Numbered from the stretch's first letter, positions 1 to 10,655 are shown. The stretch is DNA of 64,000 nt from Pseudorhodobacter sp. (GCA_046295215.1 JBKBNP010000012.1:15410-79409), one strand, 5' to 3'. The notes: generated by a model from the letters alone, not told the origin. A program made the numbers and translations.

Positions 1-61
1 GGGGGCGGCCCGTTTCGGGGAGCGCCGGGCGGACGGGCCGGGGCTTGGCAAGGCGCGGCCC

Positions 62-751
62 TTGCGTGTAAGACAGGCCAAACGAACGGAGAACCTGGTG
101 AGCAATCCCGAAAGTTTCATCGACGAAGTCACCGAGGAGGTCCGCCGCGACCGGCTCTATGGGATCCTGCGCCGCTATGGCTGGATCGGGCTTGTCGTGG
201 TGGCATTGATTGTCGGCGGGGCGGCCTGGACGGAATGGCAAAAGGCGCAGGCGCGCAATCAGGCGCGCGCCTTCGGTGACGCGCTTCTGGACGCGCTGGA
301 CCGGGACGCCCCGGCAGACCGGCTGGCGGCCTTGCAATCGGTGGAAGCCAGAGGCAGCGCCGATGCGCTGGCCGTGCGCGACCTTCTCGCGGCCTCGGAC
401 CCGGAGACGGACCCTGCGGCCGCGCTGGCAGCACTGGACAGGATTGCGGGCAATCCAGGCGTGACACAGGTCTACCGCGACCTTGCCGTGCTGCGACGGG
501 TTCTGCTGGCAGGCACGGAGATGGAGATTGCCGCGCGTCGCGCTGCTCTTGACCCGCTGGCCATTCCGGGGCGGCCGTTCCGGACGCTGGCACTGGAGCA
601 GATGGCCTATCTTGAGGTGGAGGCGGGCAACCCGGCGGCGGCAATCACGCAACTGCGCGCCCTTTCCGCCGATCAGGAAGCGCCCTCGGGCTTGCGTCAG
701 CGCGCCGAGCAGATGATTGTAGCCCTTGGCGGCGGAACCGTCGAAGGCTGA
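62..751 (+). CDS. membrane-anchored TPR-like protein (YfgM-like)
   Basis: 229-aa ORF. One TM segment (YGWIGLVVVALIVGGAAW) followed by Ala/Leu-rich helical region. Lies directly upstream of bamB-der, as yfgM does in E. coli. In-frame GTG at 98 is an equally plausible start. Confidence 0.55.
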   Translation: MRVRQAKRTENLVSNPESFIDEVTEEVRRDRLYGILRRYGWIGLVVVALIVGGAAWTEWQKAQARNQARAFGDALLDALDRDAPADRLAALQSVEARGSADALAVRDLLAASDPETDPAAALAALDRIAGNPGVTQVYRDLAVLRRVLLAGTEMEIAARRAALDPLAIPGRPFRTLALEQMAYLEVEAGNPAAAITQLRALSADQEAPSGLRQRAEQMIVALGGGTVEG

Positions 752-826
752 ACGGGCGGAATGTGACGGGGCCGGGTGCGGATATTCGCCCGGCAAGACT
801 GGTCAGCCGGTAGGGCAGGCGAACAG

Positions 827-2212
827 ATGAAGGGCAGGCGAGGCATGGTGGTTTTTTCGCAAGCAAGCCGGCGGACCGGGTTGCGGGGCCTTTCGCTGGT
901 GACGGCTTTTCTGCTGGTCGGCGCCTGCGAAAAGGAAGTTATCCTCGATGGGGAGCGGTTCGACCCGCGCACGCCGCTGGAGGCTTCGATCCCGACCGAG
1001 GGAGACCCGAGGCCCACCGACCCGGCGGCTGTCACCTTCAACGAAAGCCGTCCCATCGCCCTGCCATCCCCGCGCAGCAATGCCGACTGGACCCATCGCG
1101 CAGGAAGTGCGCAGCATTTCGCGGGCCATGTCGCCCTCTCGCCGCAACCCGCGCTGGTCTGGAGCGCGAATATAGGCACGGGCGACAGCCGCCGTTTCCG
1201 CATTTCGGCGGCTCCCGTGGTCGCGGGTGGGCGGATCTTCACCATGGATGCGCAGGGGCGCGTCACCGCGACCGGCAGCAACGGGGCGACGCTCTGGCAA
1301 ATGGCGACCAAGCCTGAAGGCGCGCGCAGCGATCAGTCCGGCGGCGGGCTTGCCTATGGAGGCGGTCGGCTTGCCGTGACCACAGGCTATGGCGAGGTTC
1401 TGGCGCTCGACCCCGCCAGCGGTGCGGTGATCTGGCGGCAGAAAGTCGATGCGCCTGCCTCGGGTGCGCCCGCGGTGGCGGATGGGCTGGTCTTTGCGGT
1501 GGGACGTGACGGCGCGGCCTGGGCGATCCGGCTGGCGGACGGGCGGGTGGACTGGCGTCTGCCCGGCGTGCCGTCGCGCACCGGCATGATCGGGGCGGCG
1601 GGACCCGCCATCGGCGACCGCACGGTGCTGCTGCCTTTCGGCAATGGTGAAGTGGTCGCGGCGCTGCGCGCGGGCGGTGAACGGGTCTGGAACGCGCAGG
1701 TGCAGGGCCGCAGGCTCGGGCGCGGCTATACCTTCATGTCGGACATCACCGGCGATCCGGTGATCGACGGCGCGGTGACCTATATCGGCAATCAGAGCGG
1801 GCGGACCGTTGCGGTCGACAGTGCCACCGGCACCCGCCGATGGACCGCGACCGAGGCCGCCTATGGCCCGGTGGTTCCGGTGGGCGGCTCAGTGTTCCTG
1901 ATTTCAGACGAGTCGCGCCTCGTGCGGCTGGATGCCTCGACCGGCACGGCGATCTGGTCGGTGGAAATGCCCTATTTCATCTCGACCCGCGAACGGCGGC
2001 GCGGCGAGATCGTGCCGCATTTCGGCCCGGTGCTGGCGGGCGGGCGGCTGGTTGTCGCCTCGGGTGACGGGCTTTTGCGCTTCTTCAGCCCCACCGATGG
2101 GGCGTTGACCGCGACAGTGCCGCTGCCCGGCGGGGCGGCCTCGGCGCCTGCGGTGGTGGGCGGTGTGCTGTATGTCGTCTCCAGCCGGGGGCAACTTCAC
2201 GCTTTCCGTTGA
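827..2212 (+). CDS. bamB: outer-membrane assembly lipoprotein BamB-like (PQQ-type beta-propeller)
   Basis: ORF 776..2212. ATG at 827 (or 845) precedes a signal peptide and lipobox LLVGAC. Repeated propeller-blade motifs (GGRLAVTTGYGEVLALD, DGLVFAVGRDG, GGVLYVVSSRGQLHAF). Conserved position before der. Confidence 0.75.
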   Translation: MKGRRGMVVFSQASRRTGLRGLSLVTAFLLVGACEKEVILDGERFDPRTPLEASIPTEGDPRPTDPAAVTFNESRPIALPSPRSNADWTHRAGSAQHFAGHVALSPQPALVWSANIGTGDSRRFRISAAPVVAGGRIFTMDAQGRVTATGSNGATLWQMATKPEGARSDQSGGGLAYGGGRLAVTTGYGEVLALDPASGAVIWRQKVDAPASGAPAVADGLVFAVGRDGAAWAIRLADGRVDWRLPGVPSRTGMIGAAGPAIGDRTVLLPFGNGEVVAALRAGGERVWNAQVQGRRLGRGYTFMSDITGDPVIDGAVTYIGNQSGRTVAVDSATGTRRWTATEAAYGPVVPVGGSVFLISDESRLVRLDASTGTAIWSVEMPYFISTRERRRGEIVPHFGPVLAGGRLVVASGDGLLRFFSPTDGALTATVPLPGGAASAPAVVGGVLYVVSSRGQLHAFR

Positions 2213-2270
2213 CGCCCGGGCGGTGTAAGCCCCACGGCTTGACGCATGATCCCTGCCCCCGGAGGGCCTG

Positions 2271-3743
2271 ATGACCTTTACGCTCGCCATTGTCGGCCGC
2301 CCCAATGTGGGCAAATCGACGCTGTTCAACCGTCTTGTCGGCCGCAAGCTGGCGCTGGTCGATGACCAGCCCGGGGTGACGCGCGACCTGCGCGAAGGCG
2401 ATGCCAAGCTCTTTGACATGCGCTTCACCGTGATCGACACGGCGGGGCTGGAGGATGTGACCGATGACAGCCTTCAGGGCCGGATGCGGCGGCTGACGGA
2501 ACGCGCGGTGGAACTGGCGGATGTGTGCCTGTTTGTGGTGGACGGGCGCACTGGGCTGACCGCGACGGATGAGGTCTTTGCCGACATCCTGCGGCGCAAG
2601 AATGCGCGTGTGATGGTCGCGGTGAACAAGGCCGAGGGCCGCGCGGGCGATGGCGGCGCGATCGAGGCCTGGAGCCTCGGCCTCGGTGAACCCATCCGCA
2701 TCTCCGCCGAACATGGCGAGGGGATGGACGACCTTTACCACGCGCTGCGCCCCCTGCGCGCGGAATTCGCCGAACGCGCCGAGGCGGATGCGCCGCTGGT
2801 CGATGTCGATGTTTCGGAAGAGGAAGCCGAGGAGGAGGCGGACCCGCTCGCCCACCGGCCCACGGATGCCAAGCCCTTGCAGATTGCGGTGATTGGGCGG
2901 CCAAATGCCGGGAAATCGACGCTCATCAACAAGATCATCGGGCAGGAACGCCTGCTGACCGGTCCCGAGGCCGGGATCACGCGGGATGCGATTTCGGTGA
3001 AATCCGACTGGATGGGCACGCCGATCCGCATTTTCGACACGGCGGGGATGCGCAAGAAGGCGCGGATTTCGGACAAGCTGGAAAAGCTGTCGGTGGCGGA
3101 CGGGTTGCGCGCGGTGCGCTTTGCCGAGGTGGTCGTGGTCTTGCTGGATGTGGAGATCCCGTTTGAACAGCAGGATCTGCGCATCGCGGATTTCGCGGAA
3201 ACCGAAGGGCGCGCGGTCGTTTTGGCCGTGAACAAATGGGATCTGGAAGGCGAAAAGCAGGAAAAGCTGGCCGAATTGCGCGAGATGTTCGAGCGTCTGC
3301 TGCCGCAGTTGCGCGGTGCGCCGCTGGTTACGGTTTCGGCCAAGACGGGGCGGGGGCTCGACCGGCTCAACGCCGCGATCCTGCGCGCGCATGACATCTG
3401 GAACCGGCGCATCCCGACCGCGCGGCTGAACACCTGGCTTTCCGCCATGACCGAGGCGCATCCGCCGCCAGCCCCGGGCGGCAAGCGGATCAAGCTGCGC
3501 TACATGACGCAGGTCAAAACCCGGCCCCCCGGTTTCGTGGTGATGTGTTCGCATCCCGACCAGATGCAGGACAGCTACAAACGCTATCTGGTGAACGGGT
3601 TGCGTGACCATTTCGACATGCCGGGCACTCCGATCCGCATCACGCTGCGCGGGCAGGGCGACAAGAACCCGTTCAAGGACAAGAAATTCCACACGCCGAG
3701 CCGGTTGCGCAAGCATCTGGGGCAGAAAAGCCCCAAACAGTAA
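2271..3743 (+). CDS. der: ribosome-associated GTPase Der (EngA)
   Basis: Two tandem G domains with P-loops [12 protein letters not shown] and [16 protein letters not shown] motifs and NKAE/NKWD, plus a C-terminal KH-like region. Confidence 0.95.
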   Translation: MTFTLAIVGRPNVGKSTLFNRLVGRKLALVDDQPGVTRDLREGDAKLFDMRFTVIDTAGLEDVTDDSLQGRMRRLTERAVELADVCLFVVDGRTGLTATDEVFADILRRKNARVMVAVNKAEGRAGDGGAIEAWSLGLGEPIRISAEHGEGMDDLYHALRPLRAEFAERAEADAPLVDVDVSEEEAEEEADPLAHRPTDAKPLQIAVIGRPNAGKSTLINKIIGQERLLTGPEAGITRDAISVKSDWMGTPIRIFDTAGMRKKARISDKLEKLSVADGLRAVRFAEVVVVLLDVEIPFEQQDLRIADFAETEGRAVVLAVNKWDLEGEKQEKLAELREMFERLLPQLRGAPLVTVSAKTGRGLDRLNAAILRAHDIWNRRIPTARLNTWLSAMTEAHPPPAPGGKRIKLRYMTQVKTRPPGFVVMCSHPDQMQDSYKRYLVNGLRDHFDMPGTPIRITLRGQGDKNPFKDKKFHTPSRLRKHLGQKSPKQ

Positions 3744-3752
3744 GGGCAGGGG

Positions 3753-4379
3753 TCAGCGCACCCCTGCGCCGACCGCCCCAAGCACCCAAGTCGACAGGTC
3801 GCGCAGCATCGACTGCGTGGCGGTATTGAACCCTTCCACAAGGTCGATCGTTTCGGTCGTGGCCGACACGCCGGCTGCGTTGAAGGTGCGGGTTGCCACC
3901 ACGGCCGCATCGCTTTCGCGCACCAGACGCGCCGTCAACCGCACGCGGATCATGGCGCCGGGGCCGTCAGGCTGTGCCTCGGCCTGCAGATCCGTGAGTT
4001 CGGACACCAGCACGAAATCCCCGAAGCTGCCGATGGGACGCCGCCCGACATAGCGGAAGGCATTGCTGTCCTCCAGCGTGCGCACGATCAGGGTTTGCAG
4101 CATCACCGGGGCCTCGGACGCCCATTGCCCGTCGGGCAGGTATTGCGCCTGAAGGGGTCGCGGGCGGATCATGATGCGTTCGGACATCAGCGCCCCGGGC
4201 GCGGTCGGCACCTCGACCACCATCTGCCGCGCAATGGTCCGGCGCGCCTGTGGCGCGTCGGCGGGGGCTGCGAGGTCGTAATTCTCCAGCGAGGTGGCTG
4301 CACCGCTGAGCGCCGAAATGGCGGCACAGCCCGGCAGAAGCGCCGCTGTGGCAAGGGAAATCAGGGTCAGACGGAGCAT
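3753..4379 (-). CDS. ABC-type transport auxiliary lipoprotein (DUF330-like)
   Basis: 208 aa. Signal peptide plus lipobox (AALLPGCAA). Last gene of the MCE/Mla-type operon. Confidence 0.6.
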   Translation of the reverse strand: MLRLTLISLATAALLPGCAAISALSGAATSLENYDLAAPADAPQARRTIARQMVVEVPTAPGALMSERIMIRPRPLQAQYLPDGQWASEAPVMLQTLIVRTLEDSNAFRYVGRRPIGSFGDFVLVSELTDLQAEAQPDGPGAMIRVRLTARLVRESDAAVVATRTFNAAGVSATTETIDLVEGFNTATQSMLRDLSTWVLGAVGAGVR

Positions 4380-4406
4380 GGCAGTGCCCTTTCTTCTATG
4401 GGGGCC

Positions 4407-6125
4407 TCAGCGGCGATAGGCGGGGGTGTTGCCCCCCAGAAAGAACCGCGCGGGGTCGCGCTGGATCTGGCGGGTCAACTGGTCGAGATTGTTGATGAGA
4501 TCGCGGGTTTCGCGCGCCAGCCGCGAGAATTGCGGCAGCGCGGTGGTGGAGAAGTCGCGGATCGGCCCGCCGGAGGTGGTGACGGTGCGGGCCACATCCT
4601 CGAAGGCCAGGCGCGCGGCCTCGCTGGCGGCCTTGAGGTCGGCGGTCACGCCCGGAATGTCGGCGCTGACCTGCGCGATGGCCAGATCGAGGGCATTGAT
4701 CGTGCGGCGCAGGTCGGTGGTGATGACGGCGACATCCTCGTTGATGATGCGGTCCGCGCCTTCAAAGGTGCGCTCGGCGGCCGACAGCGTGCGTTCGCCC
4801 ACAGCAAGGGCCGAATTGATCGCGGCCAGCGTTTCATTGGCATCGGTAAAGGTGGCGGTGACAGCCGAAAGTGTGCGGCTGGCATCATCCATCAGGTCAT
4901 CGGCCTTGCCCGCCGCACCGGTCAGGCTTTCGCTGATCGCCGTCACGCTGCGCGAGGCGGTTTCAGTAGCGGCCCGGATGTCAGCCACCAACAGGGGCAG
5001 GTCCGTATTGGCCGCCTCGGAAATCGGCTTGAGGGCCGCGCGCGCCTCGGCAACCAGTTCCGCGCCATCAACAGTAACAAGCAGATCAAAGTTTTCAGCC
5101 GCGCGATCCATGGTTTCCAGCGTGGCGGACAGTTCCTCGATCAGGGCATCCGTCGCCTTGATGGTGGCTTCGGCCTCGGTCAGACGGGCGGTGGCAACCT
5201 GACCGGTTTCGCGGAATTCGGCCAGCATCGCGGTGGCCTCGGTGCTGATGGCCGCCATCTGGGCGCGCAACTCGTCCAGACCTGCGTTGAGCCTGTCAGC
5301 GCTGAGCTTCATGTCCTCGTTGATGAACAGATCCGCGCTGCGCAGCGTGGTCGCGGCCTGTGCGAACGCCTCGGACCCGGTGGTCATCGTCGTGCGGGCA
5401 GCCTGCGCCAGAACACCGATTTCCTGCACCGTGTCATTGGCGGTCGCAAACAGGGTTTCGGCCTTGGCGGTCAGCCCTTCGAGCATGACGTTGAAGTTGG
5501 AGATCTCGATGGCAAAACCGGAAATCGCGGAAGCGACAACCGTGAAATCGTCCAGCGACTGCGCGAAGCCTTCGGAGGCGCTTTCGAGATTGGCGAGGAT
5601 ATTGTCGACCCGCTGCACGTTTTCTGAACTGAGCAGGTCGGAAATGTCGCGCACCACGCGCAGCACCTCCTCCAGCAATTCGGGCGCATCCTCGGTCAGG
5701 CTTTGCAGCATCGAGCGGCCAGCCTCTATCTGCGGGATTTCGTTGCTGCCGGGCGTGCGCAGCAGGGGGTCGGTGTTTTCGCCCGCACTGATGCCGACAT
5801 AGGAAACGCCCGTCACACCCTGCGATTCGATGGTGGCGACCGAGGAGGTGCGCACCGGCACATCGGCCCGCACCTCGATGCGCACCAGAACGGTGCCGTC
5901 CTGATCGGGGGAAAGCCGCACATCAACGACCTGACCCACCGGCAGCCCCGCAAAGCGCACATCGGAGGCGCGGGCAAGGCCGGAGACAGAGGTGAAGCGC
6001 ACATCATAATAGGCGAACTGGCGGTCAAGCTCGACCCGTGCGAACCACAGGAAGAACGCAAGGATGCCCACGAAACCGGCAAGTGTGAAGGCGCCAATCA
6101 GAATATAATTCGCTCTGGTTTCCAT
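4407..6125 (-). CDS. MCE/MlaD-family protein with long coiled-coil C-terminal region
   Basis: 572 aa. N-terminal TM (ANYILIGAFTLAGFVGILAFFLWF), MCE domain (VRFAGLPVGQVVDV), then about 400 aa of Ala/Thr/Glu-rich helical sequence. Confidence 0.8.
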   Translation of the reverse strand: METRANYILIGAFTLAGFVGILAFFLWFARVELDRQFAYYDVRFTSVSGLARASDVRFAGLPVGQVVDVRLSPDQDGTVLVRIEVRADVPVRTSSVATIESQGVTGVSYVGISAGENTDPLLRTPGSNEIPQIEAGRSMLQSLTEDAPELLEEVLRVVRDISDLLSSENVQRVDNILANLESASEGFAQSLDDFTVVASAISGFAIEISNFNVMLEGLTAKAETLFATANDTVQEIGVLAQAARTTMTTGSEAFAQAATTLRSADLFINEDMKLSADRLNAGLDELRAQMAAISTEATAMLAEFRETGQVATARLTEAEATIKATDALIEELSATLETMDRAAENFDLLVTVDGAELVAEARAALKPISEAANTDLPLLVADIRAATETASRSVTAISESLTGAAGKADDLMDDASRTLSAVTATFTDANETLAAINSALAVGERTLSAAERTFEGADRIINEDVAVITTDLRRTINALDLAIAQVSADIPGVTADLKAASEAARLAFEDVARTVTTSGGPIRDFSTTALPQFSRLARETRDLINNLDQLTRQIQRDPARFFLGGNTPAYRR

Positions 6126-6128
6126 GGC

Positions 6129-6926
6129 TTATCCTGCGTCCTTCATGTCTTTTGCGGTCAGCGCGGCTCGCGCGCGCGGTCCGTGGAAATAATCGTGAAC
6201 CCAAGGATTGTCGACTTCGAGCATCTCTTCCATCGTGCCGGTCACCAGAACCTTCCTTTCCGACAGCACCGCGATGCGGTCACAGATCGCATGCAGCGTG
6301 TCGAGGTCATGGGTGACAAGAAAGACCGTCAATCCCATCGTATCACTGAGCTGGCGGATCAGCGTGTCGAAATCCGCCGCCCCGATCGGGTCCAGCCCTG
6401 CGGTCGGTTCGTCAAGGAACACGATTTCCGGGTCCAGCGCCAGCGCGCGTGCAAGACCCGCCCGTTTGCGCATCCCCCCCGAAAGCTCTGACGGGTATTT
6501 GTCGCCCGCAAGCCAGGGCAGGCCGGACAGCGAGATCTTGAGGTCGGCCATGGCGCGGCGCAGCGCGGGGTCCAGCCCCTCGACGGCGCGCATCGGCACC
6601 TCGACATTCTCGCGCACATTGAGCGAGGAAAAAAGCGCCCCGTCCTGGAACATCACGCCCCAGCGGCGTTCGAGCGCGGTGCGTTCCTCCTCGGATGCGG
6701 TGCGGACATTGGTGCCCAGAACCTCGATCTCGCCTGCGGCGGGGCGTTGCAATCCGGCGATGGAGCGCAACAGGACCGATTTCCCGGTGCCCGACCCGCC
6801 GACAACGCCAAGGATCTCGCCCCGGTAGACATCGAGATCGAGCCCGTCATGCACGACATGGGTGCCGAACTGGTTGCGGATGCCTCGCAGGCGGATCACC
6901 ACATCCTTTTTTTTCTCGCCGGTCAT
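6129..6926 (-). CDS. ABC transporter ATP-binding protein (MlaF-like)
   Basis: Walker A GGSGTGKS, signature LSGGMRKR, Walker B IVFLDEP. 4-nt overlap with the upstream permease gene. Confidence 0.9.
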   Translation of the reverse strand: MTGEKKKDVVIRLRGIRNQFGTHVVHDGLDLDVYRGEILGVVGGSGTGKSVLLRSIAGLQRPAAGEIEVLGTNVRTASEEERTALERRWGVMFQDGALFSSLNVRENVEVPMRAVEGLDPALRRAMADLKISLSGLPWLAGDKYPSELSGGMRKRAGLARALALDPEIVFLDEPTAGLDPIGAADFDTLIRQLSDTMGLTVFLVTHDLDTLHAICDRIAVLSERKVLVTGTMEEMLEVDNPWVHDYFHGPRARAALTAKDMKDAG

Positions 6927-8155
6927 AGCCCCACCTGCGCGAAGAAAATGGAAAACATCGCATCGGCCACGATCACCGAAAAGATCGCGGTGACCACGGC
7001 GGCCGAGGTTTTCTGGCCCAGCGATTCGGCGTTGGAGCCGACCTGCATCCCGGCATGGCAGCCGACAATGCCGATGATGATGGCAAAGACCGGGGCCTTG
7101 ACCATGCCGACGATAAGATGGGAAATATCCGTCCCCTCGATCAGGCGCGAGCGGAACATGGCGGGTGAAATCCCAAGCTCCACCCAGGCCATGATCGCCC
7201 CGCCGATCAGCCCGGAGGCATTGGCGATCAACCCCAGGATCGGCAGCATCAGCAAGAGCGCCAGGACCCGTGGCAGGATCAGCGCAGCGGCGGGATCAAT
7301 GCCGAGCGTGCGCATGGCGTCGATCTCCTCGCGCATCTTCATCGAGCCGATGGCGGCGGTGAAGGCCGAGGCCGTGCGCCCCGCCACGATGATCGCGGTC
7401 AGAAGGATACCAAGCTCGCGCAGGATCGACACGGCGATGAGGTCCACCACGAACACCTCCGCCCCGAACTGGCGCAACTGCGTGGAGCCCTGAAAGGCCA
7501 GAACAACCCCGATCAGGAAGGACATCAGGGCAACAATGGGGACGGCCTTCAGTCCAACCTCCTGACAGTGATGCACAAGTGCTGTCAGGCGGAATTCGGA
7601 CGGGTGCAGAAAGCTGCGCGCCAGCCGCGCCAGAAAGAGGCCGAGATAGGCCAGCAGATCGCCCAGAAAGAAAACCGCCGATGTGACGGCGCGGCCGACC
7701 GATTCCAGCCGGTCGGCAAGCCCGGTGCGGGGGGCGGGCGCTGCGTCGGGCTTGGGCATGGCCTCGCGCACGGTGTCGATCAGGGCGGTTATGTCGGCAT
7801 CGGCGCCGGTGAGCGAGAAATTGTGGCCCGCCTCTGCGGCACTTTTTTCGGCCGTCGCCAGCGCCCAGGCCGCCCCGGTATCGAGCCGCGTGACGTCCGA
7901 GAGATCAACCTCCAGCGCGCCATTCGCCACGGCGGAGGACAGCGCCGCGTGCAGGGCCGTCAGATCGGCCAGCCCGAAGCGCCCCGCGAGCCGGAGCCGC
8001 TGGCCATCCTCCATCCGGATCGTTGCGGGGGCGGTTTGAATGGGCAAGGGTTTGATTGGTCCAAGGAAACTGAAGGCGCTGATTAACATGCCACCTGTTC
8101 GGGGCCAAGGTGGAAGCCCGGTCCGTGCGCCTGCCATTGTTGCACGATATTTCAA
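6923..8155 (-). CDS. MlaE-family ABC permease with N-terminal STAS-like domain
   Basis: 410-aa ORF. The N-terminal ~110 aa resemble a STAS/MlaB-type domain (LRLAGRFGLADLTALHAAL...VDLSDVTRLDTGAAWAL). The C-terminal part is a multi-TM MlaE-like permease. The true start may be an internal Met. Confidence 0.75.
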   Translation of the reverse strand: MKYRATMAGARTGLPPWPRTGGMLISAFSFLGPIKPLPIQTAPATIRMEDGQRLRLAGRFGLADLTALHAALSSAVANGALEVDLSDVTRLDTGAAWALATAEKSAAEAGHNFSLTGADADITALIDTVREAMPKPDAAPAPRTGLADRLESVGRAVTSAVFFLGDLLAYLGLFLARLARSFLHPSEFRLTALVHHCQEVGLKAVPIVALMSFLIGVVLAFQGSTQLRQFGAEVFVVDLIAVSILRELGILLTAIIVAGRTASAFTAAIGSMKMREEIDAMRTLGIDPAAALILPRVLALLLMLPILGLIANASGLIGGAIMAWVELGISPAMFRSRLIEGTDISHLIVGMVKAPVFAIIIGIVGCHAGMQVGSNAESLGQKTSAAVVTAIFSVIVADAMFSIFFAQVGL

Positions 8156-8198
8156 AAGGCCCTAGACCGGCATCTGGTTCCCCTGCGAGGCGACAAAA

Positions 8199-9473
8199 AT
8201 GGACGGACAGAAGGTGCCCGAGGATTCGGCAATGATGATGGCAGAGATCGGCGCGCGCGCGAAGGCGGCGGCAGCGGAACTGGCCTTCGCGCCGGCGGCG
8301 GCAAAGGAAGCGGCGCTCATGGCGGCTGCCGAGGCGCTGGAAGGGTCTGCTGAACAGGTTTTGTCGGCCAATGCGCGTGATCTGGCGGAGGCGGAGGCCA
8401 AGGGCCTGACGGCGGCGATGCTCGACCGGCTGCGGCTGGAAGCGGGCCGGATTGCAGGCATCGCAGCGGGGTTGCGGGCCGTTGCGGCACAGGCTGATCC
8501 GGTGGGGCAGGTGATGGCGGAATGGGACCGGCCGACGGGTCTGCATATCCAGCGGGTGCGCACGCCCTTGGGCGTGGTCGGCGTGATCTATGAATCGCGG
8601 CCCAATGTGACGGCGGATGCCGGCGCGCTCTGCCTCAAGGCGGGCAATGCGGTGATCCTGCGTGGCGGGTCGGAGAGTTTCCATTCCTCGCAGGCCATTC
8701 ATGCCGCGATGGTCGCGGGGCTGCGGGCGGCGGGACTGCCGGAAGATGCAATCCAGATGGTGCAGACGCGCGACCGTGCGATGGTCGGCGCGATGCTGCG
8801 CGCGGTGGAATTCATCGACGTGATCGTGCCAAGGGGCGGCAAGGGGCTGGTGGGCCTTGTGCAGGCCGAGGCGCGGGTGCCGGTCTTTGCGCATCTCGAA
8901 GGCATCTGCCATGTCTATGCCGATGGGGCCGCCGATCTGGCCAAGGCGCGGGCGGTGGTTCTGAACGCCAAGACGCGGCGCACCGGTATTTGTGGCGCGG
9001 CGGAATGTCTGCTGATCGACCGCGCGTTTTATGCGGCGCATGGCGCGGTTCTGATCGAGGATCTGCTGGCTGCAGGGGTCGAGGTGCGGGCCGAGGGGGA
9101 GCTTTCCATGATCCCCGGAACCGTGGCGGCCCGGCCCGAGGATTTCGGGCAGGAATTTCTGGACATGATCATCGCGGCGAAACTGGTGGATGGGGTGGAC
9201 GGCGCGATTGCCCATATCCGGCGTTACGGGTCCAGCCATACCGAATCCATCCTGACCGAGGATGACGCGACGGCGGCGCGGTTCTTCCAGCGGCTCGACT
9301 CGGCAATCCTGATGCGCAATGCCTCCACCCAGTTTGCCGATGGCGGCGAGTTCGGGATGGGCGCGGAGATTGGCATCGCGACCGGCAAGATGCACGCGCG
9401 GGGCCCGGTCGGGGCGGAGCAGTTGACGAGCTTCAAATATCTGGTGACGGGGGATGGGACTTGTCGGCGGTAA
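8199..9473 (+). CDS. proA: gamma-glutamyl phosphate reductase
   Basis: 424 aa with full-length ProA-like sequence ([30 protein letters not shown]; GAAECLLID; HTESILTED). Start may be one of the Met codons near 8232. Confidence 0.9.
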   Translation: MDGQKVPEDSAMMMAEIGARAKAAAAELAFAPAAAKEAALMAAAEALEGSAEQVLSANARDLAEAEAKGLTAAMLDRLRLEAGRIAGIAAGLRAVAAQADPVGQVMAEWDRPTGLHIQRVRTPLGVVGVIYESRPNVTADAGALCLKAGNAVILRGGSESFHSSQAIHAAMVAGLRAAGLPEDAIQMVQTRDRAMVGAMLRAVEFIDVIVPRGGKGLVGLVQAEARVPVFAHLEGICHVYADGAADLAKARAVVLNAKTRRTGICGAAECLLIDRAFYAAHGAVLIEDLLAAGVEVRAEGELSMIPGTVAARPEDFGQEFLDMIIAAKLVDGVDGAIAHIRRYGSSHTESILTEDDATAARFFQRLDSAILMRNASTQFADGGEFGMGAEIGIATGKMHARGPVGAEQLTSFKYLVTGDGTCRR

Positions 9474-9521
9474 GGGCCGCTTTGCGGGACGGAGTCGCCG
9501 TTAGACCAGAGCCGACAGCCC

Positions 9522-9914
9522 TCAATCATCCGCAGCGTAATGGACAGCTTGCAGCTTGTTACCGTCAGGATCGCGAACATATGCAGAGTAGTAATTATCG
9601 CCGTAATGCGGCCTCGGACCCGGTTTTCCCGCACAGCTTCCACCCATACGAAGTGCAGTTTCGTGGAAGTTGTGAACAGCCTCCTTCGTATCCGCGACAA
9701 AGGCGATATGGGTGCCGTTCCCCCATGTGGCAGGACGGCCATCTTCCGGGGGATAAAGATAAATCGTCGGCATTCCTCCTTTCTCATAAGCTGGCGGTTT
9801 GCCCAGGGGCTTGGGCAAACGCTCAAAGCCAAGAACGCCAAGAACCTTGTAATAGAAGCGACCGGCACGTTCCGTGTCATTGGTCCCGAGCGTGATATGG
9901 CTGATGATCGGCAT
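9522..9914 (-). CDS. VOC/glyoxalase-family protein
   Basis: ORF 9522..9986. An internal ATG at 9914 is preceded by GAGAGG, giving MPIISHITLGTNDTERAGRFYYKVLG... ending DPDGNKLQAV, typical of glyoxalase/bleomycin-resistance fold proteins. G+C is clearly lower than in neighbouring genes. Confidence 0.7.
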   Translation of the reverse strand: MPIISHITLGTNDTERAGRFYYKVLGVLGFERLPKPLGKPPAYEKGGMPTIYLYPPEDGRPATWGNGTHIAFVADTKEAVHNFHETALRMGGSCAGKPGPRPHYGDNYYSAYVRDPDGNKLQAVHYAADD

Positions 9915-10028
9915 GGTTACCTCTCTGCATTTTGCGGCGAGAATAAAGCATGAACATGCGGCCGCCAACACTTTTCGAACCGGCAACCGCCGACTGTCTG
10001 TTTAGGGCTCTTACCTTCACCCCCCCCC

Positions 10029-10628
10029 TCAAATCACCATCCTGATCTCCGTCTCACGCAATTCGACCGCAATACGCCGCCGCTGGCGGGTGATTTCCTC
10101 GCCCAGAAGGGCGAAATGCACCAGTGCGGGGGTCAGTACCTCGCCCCGTCCGGGGGAGGAGAGCAATTCCCAGACCTCGGGCACGATCTTCATCCGTGCC
10201 GCCTGACCGATGACTGTGAGCCGGTTGCCTTCGCTGGTGAGGGTGACCTTGCCGCCGTAAGCCATGGCGGTTTCGAGGCAGAGAAAGGCCAGAAAGCCGA
10301 GTTTCGCATCCTGTCGCGTCATGTCCTGCGCGATCTGCCAGTCAATCGAGAGCCGGGAGCCAGGTGCGAGATCCGCGAGGATCGAGAGGATCTCGGACCG
10401 CCCGATGCGCTGGTCCGGCGAGGATTGGCCAAAGGCCACGCGGAAAAACCGGATGCGCGCATTGGCCGAGGCCACGCTTTCGGAAATCAGCGCAATCTCT
10501 GGCCCCGTCGTGCTGCCACCCTCCATCATCAGCAATTCCACCCCATTGCCGATGGCCCCGATCGGGCTGATAAGGTCATGGCAGATGCGCGACCCCAGAA
10601 GGGCGGTCAGATCGGGACGGTCGGACAT
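10029..10628 (-). CDS. chpT: histidine phosphotransferase ChpT
   Basis: ORF 10029..10694. Met at 10628 gives MSDRPDLTALLGSRICHDLISPIGAIGNGVELL, the ChpT phospho-His motif region of the CckA-ChpT-CtrA relay. Confidence 0.75.
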   Translation of the reverse strand: MSDRPDLTALLGSRICHDLISPIGAIGNGVELLMMEGGSTTGPEIALISESVASANARIRFFRVAFGQSSPDQRIGRSEILSILADLAPGSRLSIDWQIAQDMTRQDAKLGFLAFLCLETAMAYGGKVTLTSEGNRLTVIGQAARMKIVPEVWELLSSPGRGEVLTPALVHFALLGEEITRQRRRIAVELRETEIRMVI

Positions 10629-10655
10629 GGGATGCTCCTGCGGAAAGGTGGACAG

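Noticed and set aside
2085-3716. 543-aa antisense ORF opposite der. Similar long ORFs lie at 7905-9395, 14575-16209, 17623-18978, 19215-21407, 22226-24028, 30187-31650, 34082-35488 and 38144-39658
   Set aside because: Each overlaps a gene with clear family motifs on the other strand. Each has Arg/Pro/Gly-rich composition with no motifs. These are high-GC artefacts.
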